64,000 nucleotides of DNA from the NCBI GenBank assembly GCA_040398845.1, contig JBBATH010000004.1:146981-210980 (forward strand). The letters run 5' to 3'. Below, one piece after another: positions 27,815 through 37,210 of the stretch (positions are counted from its first letter, which is position 1; every line of letters begins with the position of its first letter). The DNA comes from Candidatus Nanopelagicales bacterium. Lineage in GTDB: Bacteria > Actinomycetota > Actinomycetes > S36-B12. The notes beneath the pieces are model-generated. The model was not told the DNA's origin. It searched no databases and was given only the letters and a program-made list of their open reading frames with translations. The position numbers and the translations under genes were made by a program.

Positions 27815-28087
27815 TCAGGAGCGCTGGGAATCCCTCATCACGGCCAATTCCGCCGACAGGCTCGGCCCGGCTTCAGGCGCAGGGAGGTCTCGAATGTCGC
27901 GACTGGGTGGACGTGCTCGGCCGGATTCGATCATCAATTGGAGGCTCGAGGTCAGGATCGGGATCAGCTGCGTAACAGGACGGCCTCGATCCGTAATCGA
28001 CACGATCTCGCCGCCGGCCACATCTGCGACCACCGCGGGGGCGTTCTGCTTCAGTGCCCATGGGACGGCGGCGATTCGGCCGATCAA
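27815..28087 (-). CDS. Phd/YefM-type antitoxin, copy 2 (orphan; its vapC partner is deleted)
   Basis: ..ALKQNAPAVVADVAGGEIVSITDRGRPVTQLIPILTSSLQLMIESGRARPPSRDIRDLPAPEAGPSLSAELAVMRDSQRS, with about 67 of 80 positions identical to copy 1 by eye. The ATG of copy 1 is ATC here. The proposed start TTG 28087 overlaps the upstream gene's stop (TTGA). Confidence 0.65.
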   Translation of the reverse strand: MIGRIAAVPWALKQNAPAVVADVAGGEIVSITDRGRPVTQLIPILTSSLQLMIESGRARPPSRDIRDLPAPEAGPSLSAELAVMRDSQRS

Positions 28088-28719
28088 CCTATGTTCTGCG
28101 GGTTCTCCCTGACGCGAGCGTCGATGAGCACGTTGTGGCCGGCGAAGAACTGGTAACAGAACCAGACCGCCAACGGGATTCCGAGGATCAGGCCGCACAC
28201 GGAGAGGCTCACGACGTTTGACAGGACGAGGAGGGTCACAAGAAGACCGGCCGAACGGAGCATCGCCCTAGCTGCCACGGGGGCCGCGGCATCGCGGTCC
28301 TTGATGACCTCGTTGATGATCAGCGCCTCGATCACGATCGCCGCGATGACCGCAAGCAAGCCCAGGACCCCGGTGAGCAGGGACAGCACGATGGCAGCAC
28401 CAACGGCGATCACCGTTCCCCAGAAGTACTGCTCTAGGTTGGCACCCGCTCGCCCGGACAGGGTCCGATACATCCGCATCGCCTTTTAGAGCCACACCAT
28501 AAAGTAGATGCCGAACGTAATGGTGCTGAGGAACGTCATCATGCCGACGTCGACTCGACCCAGCTCAAGGAAAGCACCCCTCGGCGAGTCGGCCCGGACC
28601 GGACCGGACCGAACCGGCAGATTATCCGGAGGACCAGGAACCAGCGTGGGCGCCCCGCAGGCCATGTAGACTTGCAAGGATTGATGCTGAACCTCCGAGC
28701 CACACTTCGGACAAAACAC
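28084..28719 (-). pseudogene. zinc-ribbon + DUF4234-like membrane protein interrupted by an in-frame TAA
   Basis: ORF 28486..28719 (MFCPKCGSEV..C zinc ribbon ... TFGIYFMVWL) and ORF 28084..28479 (three hydrophobic helices) are in the same frame, separated by TAA at 28486-28488. The GIYxxxW motif is split from its expected continuation. Confidence 0.6.
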
Positions 28720-28925
28720 GATGGCCCCCTCAAGAGCTGCCGCACCCTACGACAACGAAGGCTGCTGGAGCAAGACGGGCTAGGTCAGGCGGGCGCCTCC
28801 GACGGCACCGGTCGTCGCTCAGGTGCGCGGTGATGAGTGGCACGCTCGGCGGATGCGCCCCGCGAAGGTTGGAGCCATTGCCTGGGAGCGAGTTCCGACG
28901 CGGGTCAGGTCCATGCTCAGTTCTG

Positions 28926-29876
28926 CTAGGTCGTGCGTCGCCGCCTGCCGTAGGCCTCGATGCCGAGTGCAAAGAGGATCACCAAGCCCTGAACGATCCG
29001 CTGCACCACCGGGTCGATGCCGTTGAGATTGAACCCATTGCCGAGGAAGGCGATGAAGAAGACACCGACAACCGTTCGCCATATCGCACCGTAGCCACCG
29101 GCGATCGATGTTCCGCCGACCACGATCGCCGCGATCACGGTGAAGACCAGACTGAAGTCGTCGCTCGCCTGAGCGGTGAGGGTTCGGATGGCGTTCAGCG
29201 AGCCAGCAAGTCCCGCGGCCATGCCGCCGAGGATGAACGCCAGCGCGATGACACGGTCGACCGGCACGCCCGCCAGGCGGGCAGCCTCCTGATTGCCGCC
29301 CACAGCGAATACATACCGGCCGAAGCGGGTCCGGTGAAGGAGTACCCCGGCGATGCCGATACATACGATGGCGATCCAGGTTGATGACGTGATGCCGAGA
29401 ACCTTGGTCGTGGCAAGGGCACGCATGGTCGAGTCGGGCAGTCGGAGGATGGATCCGTCCGAGACGAGATACGCGATGCCGAAGATCACCAAGGACGTCG
29501 CAAGCGTCACAATGAATGAGTTGATCTGGGCTTTCGAAACGATCAGGCCATTGATCAGACCGATGATGCACCCGACAACGGCCCCGACCAACAGCATGAG
29601 CAGCCCGGATTGAACATGCTCCGCAACGCGAATGGCCACGAGCGGGGCAAGGATGAAGGTTGCCGAAAGGGATATGTCAAAGCCACCGGCGATCAGGGTG
29701 ATGGTGGCGAAGACCGCGACGATGAGCACGATCGCGTTCTGGTCAAGGACATTCGACAGATTGGTGCCGCTGCGGAACGCCGGCGTGGTCACGGCAAGCA
29801 GCAGGAACAGGATGACAGTCGCCCACACGATCCCGTACTCGCCGAGGACATTAACGATACGTCGACTCGGATTCAC
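28926..29876 (-). CDS. ABC transporter permease, CUT2 (RbsC/AraH-like) family
   Basis: 316-aa polytopic protein with the typical ..GGFDLSxxxxxxL.. architecture (IAGGFDISLSATFIL). Has a 4-nt overlap with the ATPase gene. Confidence 0.85.
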   Translation of the reverse strand: MNPSRRIVNVLGEYGIVWATVILFLLLAVTTPAFRSGTNLSNVLDQNAIVLIVAVFATITLIAGGFDISLSATFILAPLVAIRVAEHVQSGLLMLLVGAVVGCIIGLINGLIVSKAQINSFIVTLATSLVIFGIAYLVSDGSILRLPDSTMRALATTKVLGITSSTWIAIVCIGIAGVLLHRTRFGRYVFAVGGNQEAARLAGVPVDRVIALAFILGGMAAGLAGSLNAIRTLTAQASDDFSLVFTVIAAIVVGGTSIAGGYGAIWRTVVGVFFIAFLGNGFNLNGIDPVVQRIVQGLVILFALGIEAYGRRRRTT

Positions 29877-31375
29877 GTGTCTCTCCCTGCAATGGTGAAC
29901 GCGGCGTTCATGATCTGCTCCTCAGTGGCGGTGCTGCCGTCGAATTCCGCGACGACCCTTCCCTCGTGCATAACAATCACGCGATGCGCCAAGCCGAGCA
30001 CCTCCTCGGTCTCCGACGAGACCATGAGGATCCCCATCCCTCGCTCGGCGAGCGAGACGAGGAGGTCGTAGATGGCGCGCTTTGCTGCGACGTCAACGCC
30101 GCGCGTTGGCTCGTCGGCGAGGAGGAGGACCGGATCCTCGACGAGGGCCCGGGCGAAGAGCACCTTCTGCTGGTTTCCGCCGGACAACGACGTGACCGGC
30201 GTTGTGACCTTTTCCGTTCGCACACCAACTGCCTCGACCGAAGTCTCGGCTTGCTCCAGCGCGGCACTCGGCGAGACGAGTCCAAAGGACCCCAAGTTTC
30301 GAAGGTGCGGCATCGTGATGTTCCACTCCACCGACATGTTGAGGAACAGACCCTGCTCCTTGCGTGACTCCGGTATGAGCGCGAGGCCGCTTCGCAGGGC
30401 CTCCGCCGGGTTGCGAGGCGCGAAGGCATTGCCCACCAATGTCATTGACCCGGAGTCTGCCGGCACATCGCCGAACACCGTGTGAAGGACCTCACTGCGG
30501 CCGGAGCCCACCAGCCCGGTGATCACGACGATTTCACCCTCGCAAACAACGAGGTCGACACCCGCGAACGCCGATCCCCTCGTCAGGCCCTGTACTGAGA
30601 GGAGTTCCTTCGCACCTGCGCCGGGAATCCTTCGAGGCGGGAAGTTCGCACTGAACGAACGCCCGGTCATGCCCTCGATGAGCGATTCCTCGGTCTCATC
30701 AGCCACTCGCGAGGTTCGAATGATCTCGCCATCGCGCATCACCGTCACGACGTCGGCGATGTCAAGTACTTCAGTGAGGAAGTGCGACACGAAAATCACG
30801 GTGCGTCCAGCATCGGCAAGCCGGCGAGTGAGCGACTTGAGCGCGGCCGTCTCAACACCAGTGAGTCGTGCGGTCGGTTCATCCATAACGATCACGCCGG
30901 CATCACGCGCCACAGCGCGAAGGATCTCTACTTTCTGGCGATCGCTAATCGGAAGGCCTCCGACGGCCACATCCGCGGGGACGCTGATCCCGGTGTCAGC
31001 GACGAGTGCGGCGAAGCGTCGATCGAGTGCCTTCTTTCGCACGAATGGACCCGAGTGGTCCTCAATGCCGAGGTAGACATTCTCGACAACAGATCGCGCC
31101 GGCACCAAGGAGAGTTCCTGCGCCATCATCGTGACGCCCACCTCGAGCGCCTGGCGGGGCGAGTTGAGTGACACAGCTCGCCCCGCTAGGATGTAATCAC
31201 CGCTGTCGGGCTGGATGACGCCCGCAATGACCTTGCCGAGTGTCGACTTTCCCGCACCGTTTTCTCCCACGAGGGCGTGAACGGTACCGCGCTCGATGGT
31301 CAGGTCCACAGCAAGGAGGGCCTGCGTTCCACCGAAACGCTTGGAGATGCCTGTCAACTCGACAACAGCGGCCAT
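29873..31375 (-). CDS. ABC transporter ATP-binding protein with duplicated ABC domains (CUT2/RbsA-like)
   Basis: Two Walker A / signature sets (GENGAGKSTLGK, ISDRQKVEILRA; LSGGNQQKVLFAR). Start set at ATG 31375 (MAAVVELTGISKRFGG) within ORF 29873..31468. Confidence 0.88.
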   Translation of the reverse strand: MAAVVELTGISKRFGGTQALLAVDLTIERGTVHALVGENGAGKSTLGKVIAGVIQPDSGDYILAGRAVSLNSPRQALEVGVTMMAQELSLVPARSVVENVYLGIEDHSGPFVRKKALDRRFAALVADTGISVPADVAVGGLPISDRQKVEILRAVARDAGVIVMDEPTARLTGVETAALKSLTRRLADAGRTVIFVSHFLTEVLDIADVVTVMRDGEIIRTSRVADETEESLIEGMTGRSFSANFPPRRIPGAGAKELLSVQGLTRGSAFAGVDLVVCEGEIVVITGLVGSGRSEVLHTVFGDVPADSGSMTLVGNAFAPRNPAEALRSGLALIPESRKEQGLFLNMSVEWNITMPHLRNLGSFGLVSPSAALEQAETSVEAVGVRTEKVTTPVTSLSGGNQQKVLFARALVEDPVLLLADEPTRGVDVAAKRAIYDLLVSLAERGMGILMVSSETEEVLGLAHRVIVMHEGRVVAEFDGSTATEEQIMNAAFTIAGRDT

Positions 31376-31382
31376 GCCTTGC

Positions 31383-32459
31383 CTAGCCCGCCCACTGGGC
31401 GGTGTAATCGCCCACGTTTGCGGAGGTGATCTTGCCGCCGTTCGGGAAATCGAGCAGCGGATTGACACCGCCAGTGATGGTTCCGTCGCGCAATGCGGCG
31501 ATCATCGCAAGGATGGCCTTCTCACCCTCGGTGCCCGGTGCGCCGAAGACGTCACCGAACCACGTTCCGCCGGCAACAGCATCAAGTGCTGCCTGCGAGC
31601 CGCCGAACCCGATGAGCTTGATCTTGGAGATCAGCCCGGCGTCCTCCACTGCGAGCTGGGCACCTTGAATCGCCTGATCGGGACCGGTGATGACGTTGAT
31701 CTCCGGGTTCTTCTGCAGCATGTCCTGAGTGCCCTTCATGGCGACATCAGGTCCGAGGTACTGGCTCTCGCCCTCCGCGACAACCTTGATGTTCGGGCTG
31801 CCCTTTGTTGCCTCATCGAAGCCCAGCCGAACAGCGGTGTCGAGGGGGGTTCCCTTGATGCCGAAGAAGTACCCGACATTGCACGGATCGAGATCCGCGC
31901 ACGCCTCGACCGCGAGCTCGCCGAGCAATGTGCCACTCGCCTTCGGGGGAACGAGCACCGAGGCCGACGGCCCGTCGAACTGCGGGTCGGAGGTGTCGAG
32001 CTGGTCACCGATGATCTGGTTGAGGATGACCACCTTGAGGCCGGCGTCGATCGCCTGCTGCAGGTCGGGGATCAATGCGGCCCCGTCGAGGCCGGCGATG
32101 ATGATGCCCTTGTAGTCGCCGGCGGCGATGACGTCTTGAATCTGCTTTGCGGCCTCGCCGGGCTTGAACTGGGCATCGAACTCAGTGATCTCGATCCCCT
32201 CGGGGGCCGCGATCGCCTGCATCGACTTGAGCGACGACTGCAGCCAGGTGTTTGCGGAACTTGCACTGAGGTAGGCCACCTTGCCGCCGATAGCAGCGGG
32301 CGCTGATTCAGCTGGGGCCGAGCTTGCCGCGGGGGCGGCGCTTGCAGGTTGAGCGGAGGACTCGCTGCTGCTGGAAGAACCGCCGCAAGCAGTGAGGAGC
32401 AGTGCAGCTGCCCCCACCGTTGCGATGAGCACAGCGGGCGTCGTCTTGAGTCGTGCCAT
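31383..32459 (-). CDS. ABC transporter substrate-binding lipoprotein, periplasmic-binding-protein type 1 (sugar-binding-like)
   Basis: Lipobox LLLTACGG, a Ser/Ala-rich linker and a PBP1-like body. It is the first gene of the transporter triplet. Confidence 0.8.
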   Translation of the reverse strand: MARLKTTPAVLIATVGAAALLLTACGGSSSSSESSAQPASAAPAASSAPAESAPAAIGGKVAYLSASSANTWLQSSLKSMQAIAAPEGIEITEFDAQFKPGEAAKQIQDVIAAGDYKGIIIAGLDGAALIPDLQQAIDAGLKVVILNQIIGDQLDTSDPQFDGPSASVLVPPKASGTLLGELAVEACADLDPCNVGYFFGIKGTPLDTAVRLGFDEATKGSPNIKVVAEGESQYLGPDVAMKGTQDMLQKNPEINVITGPDQAIQGAQLAVEDAGLISKIKLIGFGGSQAALDAVAGGTWFGDVFGAPGTEGEKAILAMIAALRDGTITGGVNPLLDFPNGGKITSANVGDYTAQWAG

Positions 32460-32541
32460 GGGTATTCCTTCCTGTTGGGCTGCAGAACCAGCCTGTTTCC
32501 ATGCAACGCTAGGTCCGTGACAATCATCTAGGAATGGACTT

Positions 32542-32573
32542 TTTGCCTACTTAGATAGCTATACATAGGCAAA
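32542..32573. promoter_or_regulatory. nested inverted repeat TTTGCCTA-N16-TAGGCAAA (centre ATAGCTAT) between the pucR-like stop and the SBP gene
   Basis: Perfect 8-bp arms at 32542-32549 and 32566-32573 in a locally AT-rich stretch. No U-tract follows on the transcribed (minus) strand, so an operator is favoured over a terminator. Confidence 0.35.
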
Positions 32574-32576
32574 CTG

Positions 32577-34238
32577 CTACCCACTCCTGCTAGCGGTGCG
32601 CCCGGGAGCATCACCGGCCTTGAGTTTCGCCACCCGGCACGCCAACTGAACGGCCAATCGCTCCTCCGGCTCCTCGAGATTCACCGTCAGTAGCGTTCGC
32701 AACCGCTCAACGCGGTTAATGACCGTATTGCGGTGGACGCCGAGCACGGCAGCCGTGAGGGTCGCGGACGACTCGGAATCGAGGTACGTCTCCAATGTCG
32801 CGAGCAACTGGCCGTCGGCATCGTTGTCTGTGACCGGCGCCAGCAGCGACGTGGCGAAGGCCGCGAACGACTCCGATGCATACCAGCCCAAGAGGATGCG
32901 ACGTACGCCAAGGGCATCGATGTGCTGGACCCCCGATCGCCCGCCTGCAGCCTGCGCGACAACGGATGCCTCCTTCGCCTCGCTCAGGCTCGCCTGCAAG
33001 CCGTTGAGACCCTGATAGGACCGCCCGAGTCCGCCATGCAGGTGCAGCCTGGGTGCACGGTCCACCACGAGTTCAACGGCGCGCCCAAGGTTCTCGGTCA
33101 ACAAGGCCAGTTGCTCCGGTGTTGGTTCCTTCAGATGCGACACCCATAGCGTCCATCCGTCAGGTCGCTCAATGAGCGGTCCGCGGAGTTCAGCCTCGAC
33201 GAGTTGCCGGTTGAGATCCTCGGTGAGCACGAGGACGCGCAGCGGGTCGGCCTCGCCGGAGGCTTGGAGGATGATCCCGGTGCACCAGCCGTCGACGTGC
33301 CAGCCGAGGGTGGCGAGTTGGCGCCTGAGAGGTCCCTCCGCCCTCTCGGACGAGTCGAGAATCAAACTCAGGATCCCCAGCCGAAATCGTGCGTCACGCT
33401 CACGCTGGAGCCGGTCTTGGACCATGCGCGAGGACACATACCAACCGGACATGAGCAGAAGATCCGAAACTAGAGATGTCTCAGCAGCCGTCGGCGTGCG
33501 GAGGCGCGCCGTCAGCCAGAAGGAGGCTTGCTCATTCGGGGCCAGGGTCAGGGGCCGAGTCACTATAGTGTCGTCACCCTCAAACACCTCAATGGGGACC
33601 TGGAGCACCTCCCCCCAGTCACTCGGCACCGCAGCGGGGTCTCCGAGGATGACGCTCCCCTCCGGCCCGGTCAGGGCGAGCGGTCCCGGGAAGGAGGTCG
33701 CGATCGACTCGAAGGCCCGGTCGAGGGTCGTTCTGGTGCCGGCCGCATCGAGGTGCTCGAGGAGGGTGAGCAGCAGGTCGCTGCGCGCAACATTGGGTTG
33801 CTTGACGACGCCTCGCAGTCCTTCGGCCAGTCGCAGGACCTCGGCCTCAGGCTCGAGGATCAATGGGAGCCGGAGCTTGTCCGCCAGTTTCAATGCCGAC
33901 ACCGGCACGATCATCCGCTGCGCACACAGGACAACGGCACTGGCGCCGCTCTCGCTCGCGACCCGGATCGCGACGTCAACCTGGTAGTTGTCCGAGACGA
34001 GCGTTCGGCCATCGAAGACAACGAGCGCGCCGGCCGCGATTCGGTCCCCCTTGACACGCGATTCGAGGCCGAGTGCGGTGACGTCAACGACGTGCCCGTC
34101 GAGTCCGGAGTCGCCGGCGAGCAGAACAACAGACTTGCTCCAAGGCGCCGCGCCGAGAAGCTGCCGCACAGTGACGGCCGCAAGATCTGCGTTCCTGCGC
34201 GATGAACTGAGCCTGGAATCCCCAGCTCTCATGCTCAT
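32577..34238 (-). CDS. PucR/CdaR family transcriptional regulator
   Basis: C-terminal PucR-type HTH LETYLDSESSATLTAAVLGVHRNTVINRVERLRTLL and a long N-terminal sensory region. Confidence 0.85.
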   Translation of the reverse strand: MSMRAGDSRLSSSRRNADLAAVTVRQLLGAAPWSKSVVLLAGDSGLDGHVVDVTALGLESRVKGDRIAAGALVVFDGRTLVSDNYQVDVAIRVASESGASAVVLCAQRMIVPVSALKLADKLRLPLILEPEAEVLRLAEGLRGVVKQPNVARSDLLLTLLEHLDAAGTRTTLDRAFESIATSFPGPLALTGPEGSVILGDPAAVPSDWGEVLQVPIEVFEGDDTIVTRPLTLAPNEQASFWLTARLRTPTAAETSLVSDLLLMSGWYVSSRMVQDRLQRERDARFRLGILSLILDSSERAEGPLRRQLATLGWHVDGWCTGIILQASGEADPLRVLVLTEDLNRQLVEAELRGPLIERPDGWTLWVSHLKEPTPEQLALLTENLGRAVELVVDRAPRLHLHGGLGRSYQGLNGLQASLSEAKEASVVAQAAGGRSGVQHIDALGVRRILLGWYASESFAAFATSLLAPVTDNDADGQLLATLETYLDSESSATLTAAVLGVHRNTVINRVERLRTLLTVNLEEPEERLAVQLACRVAKLKAGDAPGRTASRSG

Positions 34239-34242
34239 TCCA

Positions 34243-35253
34243 TCATGATGTCACTGCCGGAAGTAGTTCTGCGAGGCGCCGCCTGAGGGTGCCCGAGTTC
34301 ACCCACGCAGCGTCCTCCTCACCGAGTGCATCGACGAGCATGGCGCCTAGCCCGGCGAGATCACCGGGTCGCTGGACATCGTCGAGCATCGGGATAGCCG
34401 TGAGGTCGATGAGCGCACCACCGAGGATCGGATCGACGATCGGCATGAGGTCGGCCATGAAGTCCGGCCCGAGCCCGACCCGATCGGCGCCAAGGATTCT
34501 CATCGCATGCTGCACGTGTGCGATGAGATCAGCAGATGTCGCCGAATCCGCAAGGAACGGGGCGAAGGCATTGATTGCAACGAAACCGCCATGCTCGCCA
34601 ATCGCGCGGATCTGGCGATCCGTGAGGTTGCGGGGGTGATCCTGAAGAGCCCGGCAGGAGGAATGGCTGGCGATGAGCGGCGCCGTGGTGATCGAGTCCA
34701 CGTGCCAGAACCCGTTCTCTGAGAGGTGACTGACATCCAGAATGATGCCAAGGCGAGACATTTCCTGGACAGCGTCGATGCCCAGACCCGTCAGCCGGCC
34801 TCCCGTATCGCGCTCCCCGACGCCATCGGCCAGCATTGTCCGGCGATTCCAGGTGAGGGACACCATACGTACGCCCGCCTGAAACATCGTCCGAACGAGG
34901 GCAATATTGCTCCCAAACGACTCGCCGCCCTCAAGGGCGAGGACGAGCGCGATGCGCCCGCAGTCGATGGCTCGTTCGATGTCAGCACCCGTCAGGCAAA
35001 TGGCGACGTCGTCAGGGTGTTGCCTGGCGATCTGCCATGCCTCGTCAAGGAGGAGGAGGGTCCGGCGGAGTGCGCCTTCACCGACGTACTGCTCCTCAAC
35101 GAAAACCGGAAGAACCTGAAGAACGACACCACCGTCGCGTAGTTGCGGAAGCCAGAAATCCCCGAAGGGGTCCGATTGTCCCCTCTCGCGCCGGTGCAGG
35201 CACGGGATGAGGAGGTCGTTATGGCAGTCCGCCATCGCCAGTTGTCCGCTCAT
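34243..35253 (-). CDS. membrane (renal-type) dipeptidase, peptidase family M19
   Basis: DCHNDLL start motif, ..VSLTWNRRT.., ..LDVSHLSE.. and ..ASHSSCRAL.. are characteristic M19 metal-ligand contexts. Confidence 0.85.
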   Translation of the reverse strand: MSGQLAMADCHNDLLIPCLHRRERGQSDPFGDFWLPQLRDGGVVLQVLPVFVEEQYVGEGALRRTLLLLDEAWQIARQHPDDVAICLTGADIERAIDCGRIALVLALEGGESFGSNIALVRTMFQAGVRMVSLTWNRRTMLADGVGERDTGGRLTGLGIDAVQEMSRLGIILDVSHLSENGFWHVDSITTAPLIASHSSCRALQDHPRNLTDRQIRAIGEHGGFVAINAFAPFLADSATSADLIAHVQHAMRILGADRVGLGPDFMADLMPIVDPILGGALIDLTAIPMLDDVQRPGDLAGLGAMLVDALGEEDAAWVNSGTLRRRLAELLPAVTS

Positions 35254-35651
35254 GTCAACTCCTCTTCAGCGCGTGCCAATTGCAGCGCCCGGGTCAGTTC
35301 ATCACTCGGGGCAACGAGACGAGCCTCGCAAATCTGGCCCGCAGCAACCGTGATGAAGGACGCGCCCTCCACGTCGAGCACGACCGGTGGCTGCTCCGCC
35401 GACACTGCACTCATCCGCCAGCGAATGGCAGCCTGATTACCATCGGCCACGACCTGCAGCACGTCACGTCGATAGTTGGGGAAGAGCGCCACCAATTGAG
35501 CCATGGCGCGGCGATCATCCTCCGCGCTCGAGACTTCGCACACCCCGTTGACCGTGACGTGGATGTCCGGCGCGAGCAACGCCGTCGTGGCATCCCAGTC
35601 ATGTGAGTTCTCCGCGCGGTTGTATGCGAGGTACGCCTCGGCGGCATTCAT
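35250..35651 (-). CDS. SnoaL-like / NTF2 family protein
   Basis: MNAAEAYLAYNRAENSHDWDATTALLAPDIHVTVNG... is typical of the SnoaL-like fold. Start set at ATG 35651, 2 nt after the upstream gene's stop. The 3' end overlaps the dipeptidase start. Confidence 0.65.
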   Translation of the reverse strand: MNAAEAYLAYNRAENSHDWDATTALLAPDIHVTVNGVCEVSSAEDDRRAMAQLVALFPNYRRDVLQVVADGNQAAIRWRMSAVSAEQPPVVLDVEGASFITVAAGQICEARLVAPSDELTRALQLARAEEELT

Positions 35652-35653
35652 CA

Positions 35654-37210
35654 CTACCCCTTCAGCGGCCCGGCCGCCTTGACCTGCACTCGGCATCCTT
35701 GCCCCGGAAGATAGGACATCGGTACCTCCGCAACCGACGTGATGCGCACCCCGTTCGGATCGGCACCGGCACGCACTGCCGCATCGACCGCCAGTTGCTT
35801 TGCCTCGTCGAGGCAGGCATCGCGCCCCAATGCTTCATACCGATACACGCGATCGACGGCGCCGGACGCCTCTGCGATTGCCGCCCCGAAGGCGTTAGCA
35901 ACCGCGTAGTGTGCGGGGCGGATGACCTCGGCGACCCCGTTCACCCGATCTGGGACCAGGTGCGAGCCTCCTCCAACGGCGATGAGCGGCATCGACGCGC
36001 GACTTGCCTTCATTCGATCGCACAGCACCGTGATCTGCTCATCGACCCAGGCCAGAGCGCCGGAGACCGTGGCGTCGCTGATACCGCCAGCCAAGGACGC
36101 ATCCCCGAATCCGGTGAGCCGGCCGGAGCGCACGGCGATGTCGGACAGCGTGAGCGTGCGTCCACCGCTCACGAGTGCCTCCGTCACTACCAGATAGCCG
36201 ACCGAGTCGGGCCCTACGAGCACGGACGATCCGGATTCGGTGACGAGCGTGCCCCCACCGAGTCCGATTGAGATGAGATCGGGCATCCGGAAATTCGTAC
36301 GTACTCCCCCGACCTCGACCGCGGCCGCTGACTCACGTGGGAACCCGTCGACAAGGATTCCAACATCCGCAGACGTGCCGCCAATGTCGATGACGAGTGC
36401 GTTCGAAAGCCCTGCGAGTGCACAGGCCCCACGCATGGAGTTCGTCGGTCCGGAGCCAACAGTGAGGATCGGCAGCCTGACAGCCTCTTCGGCTGTCATG
36501 AGCGTCCCGTCGTTCTGGGTGAGGTAGGACTCGACGTCCAGTCCATGTCTGGTGAGCGCAGTCTGGAGGCCATCGACCACCCGGCGCGCGACGCCGAATA
36601 ACGCAGCGTTGAGAATCGTTGCGTTCTCCCGCTCAAGCAGCCCGAGTGAGCCGACCTGATGGGACATCGAGACGGCAACCTGCCCACCGGTCACCTCGTC
36701 GATGATCGCGGCGGCCCGGATCTCGTGGTCTGTGGTGGCCGGGGCGAACGCCGATGAAACGGCGATCGCACGGACGACACCTATGCAGTCGCGAGCGAAC
36801 GCGCGGACACCGTCTTCATCGAGGGGACTGATCTCCTCCCCGTCGTATTCGAAGCCGCCACGAAGGATGGCGGCCCTGCCGATGACCGTGTCGTGGAGGT
36901 CTGCCGGCCAAGCCATACCGGGACGAATCGCGAGGGACGCCGGCGCCGCAAGGCGCAGGATGCCGATCGGGTCGAGATCTCGGCGCCGAATGATGGCGTT
37001 TGCGGGATGGGTCGTGCCGAGCATCGCCTGCGTGATGTGGGCGCGATCGACGTCAGCGATGACCTGATCGAGGGCGATGCGAATGCCGTCGCTCGGATCT
37101 GGCGTTGTCGCGGTCTTGGTGCTCGACAGGACGTTGCCGTCATCATCGACGACCACCGCGTCGGTATTCGTTCCCCCAACGTCGATGCCGATCCGAAGTC
37201 GCGTGCTCAT
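35654..37210 (-). CDS. hydantoinase/oxoprolinase family protein (HyuA-like, ASKHA fold)
   Basis: RIGIDVGGTNTDAVVVDDDGNVL.., DIGGTSADVG and VGGGS motifs. No HyuB-type partner lies nearby. Confidence 0.85.
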   Translation of the reverse strand: MSTRLRIGIDVGGTNTDAVVVDDDGNVLSSTKTATTPDPSDGIRIALDQVIADVDRAHITQAMLGTTHPANAIIRRRDLDPIGILRLAAPASLAIRPGMAWPADLHDTVIGRAAILRGGFEYDGEEISPLDEDGVRAFARDCIGVVRAIAVSSAFAPATTDHEIRAAAIIDEVTGGQVAVSMSHQVGSLGLLERENATILNAALFGVARRVVDGLQTALTRHGLDVESYLTQNDGTLMTAEEAVRLPILTVGSGPTNSMRGACALAGLSNALVIDIGGTSADVGILVDGFPRESAAAVEVGGVRTNFRMPDLISIGLGGGTLVTESGSSVLVGPDSVGYLVVTEALVSGGRTLTLSDIAVRSGRLTGFGDASLAGGISDATVSGALAWVDEQITVLCDRMKASRASMPLIAVGGGSHLVPDRVNGVAEVIRPAHYAVANAFGAAIAEASGAVDRVYRYEALGRDACLDEAKQLAVDAAVRAGADPNGVRITSVAEVPMSYLPGQGCRVQVKAAGPLKG

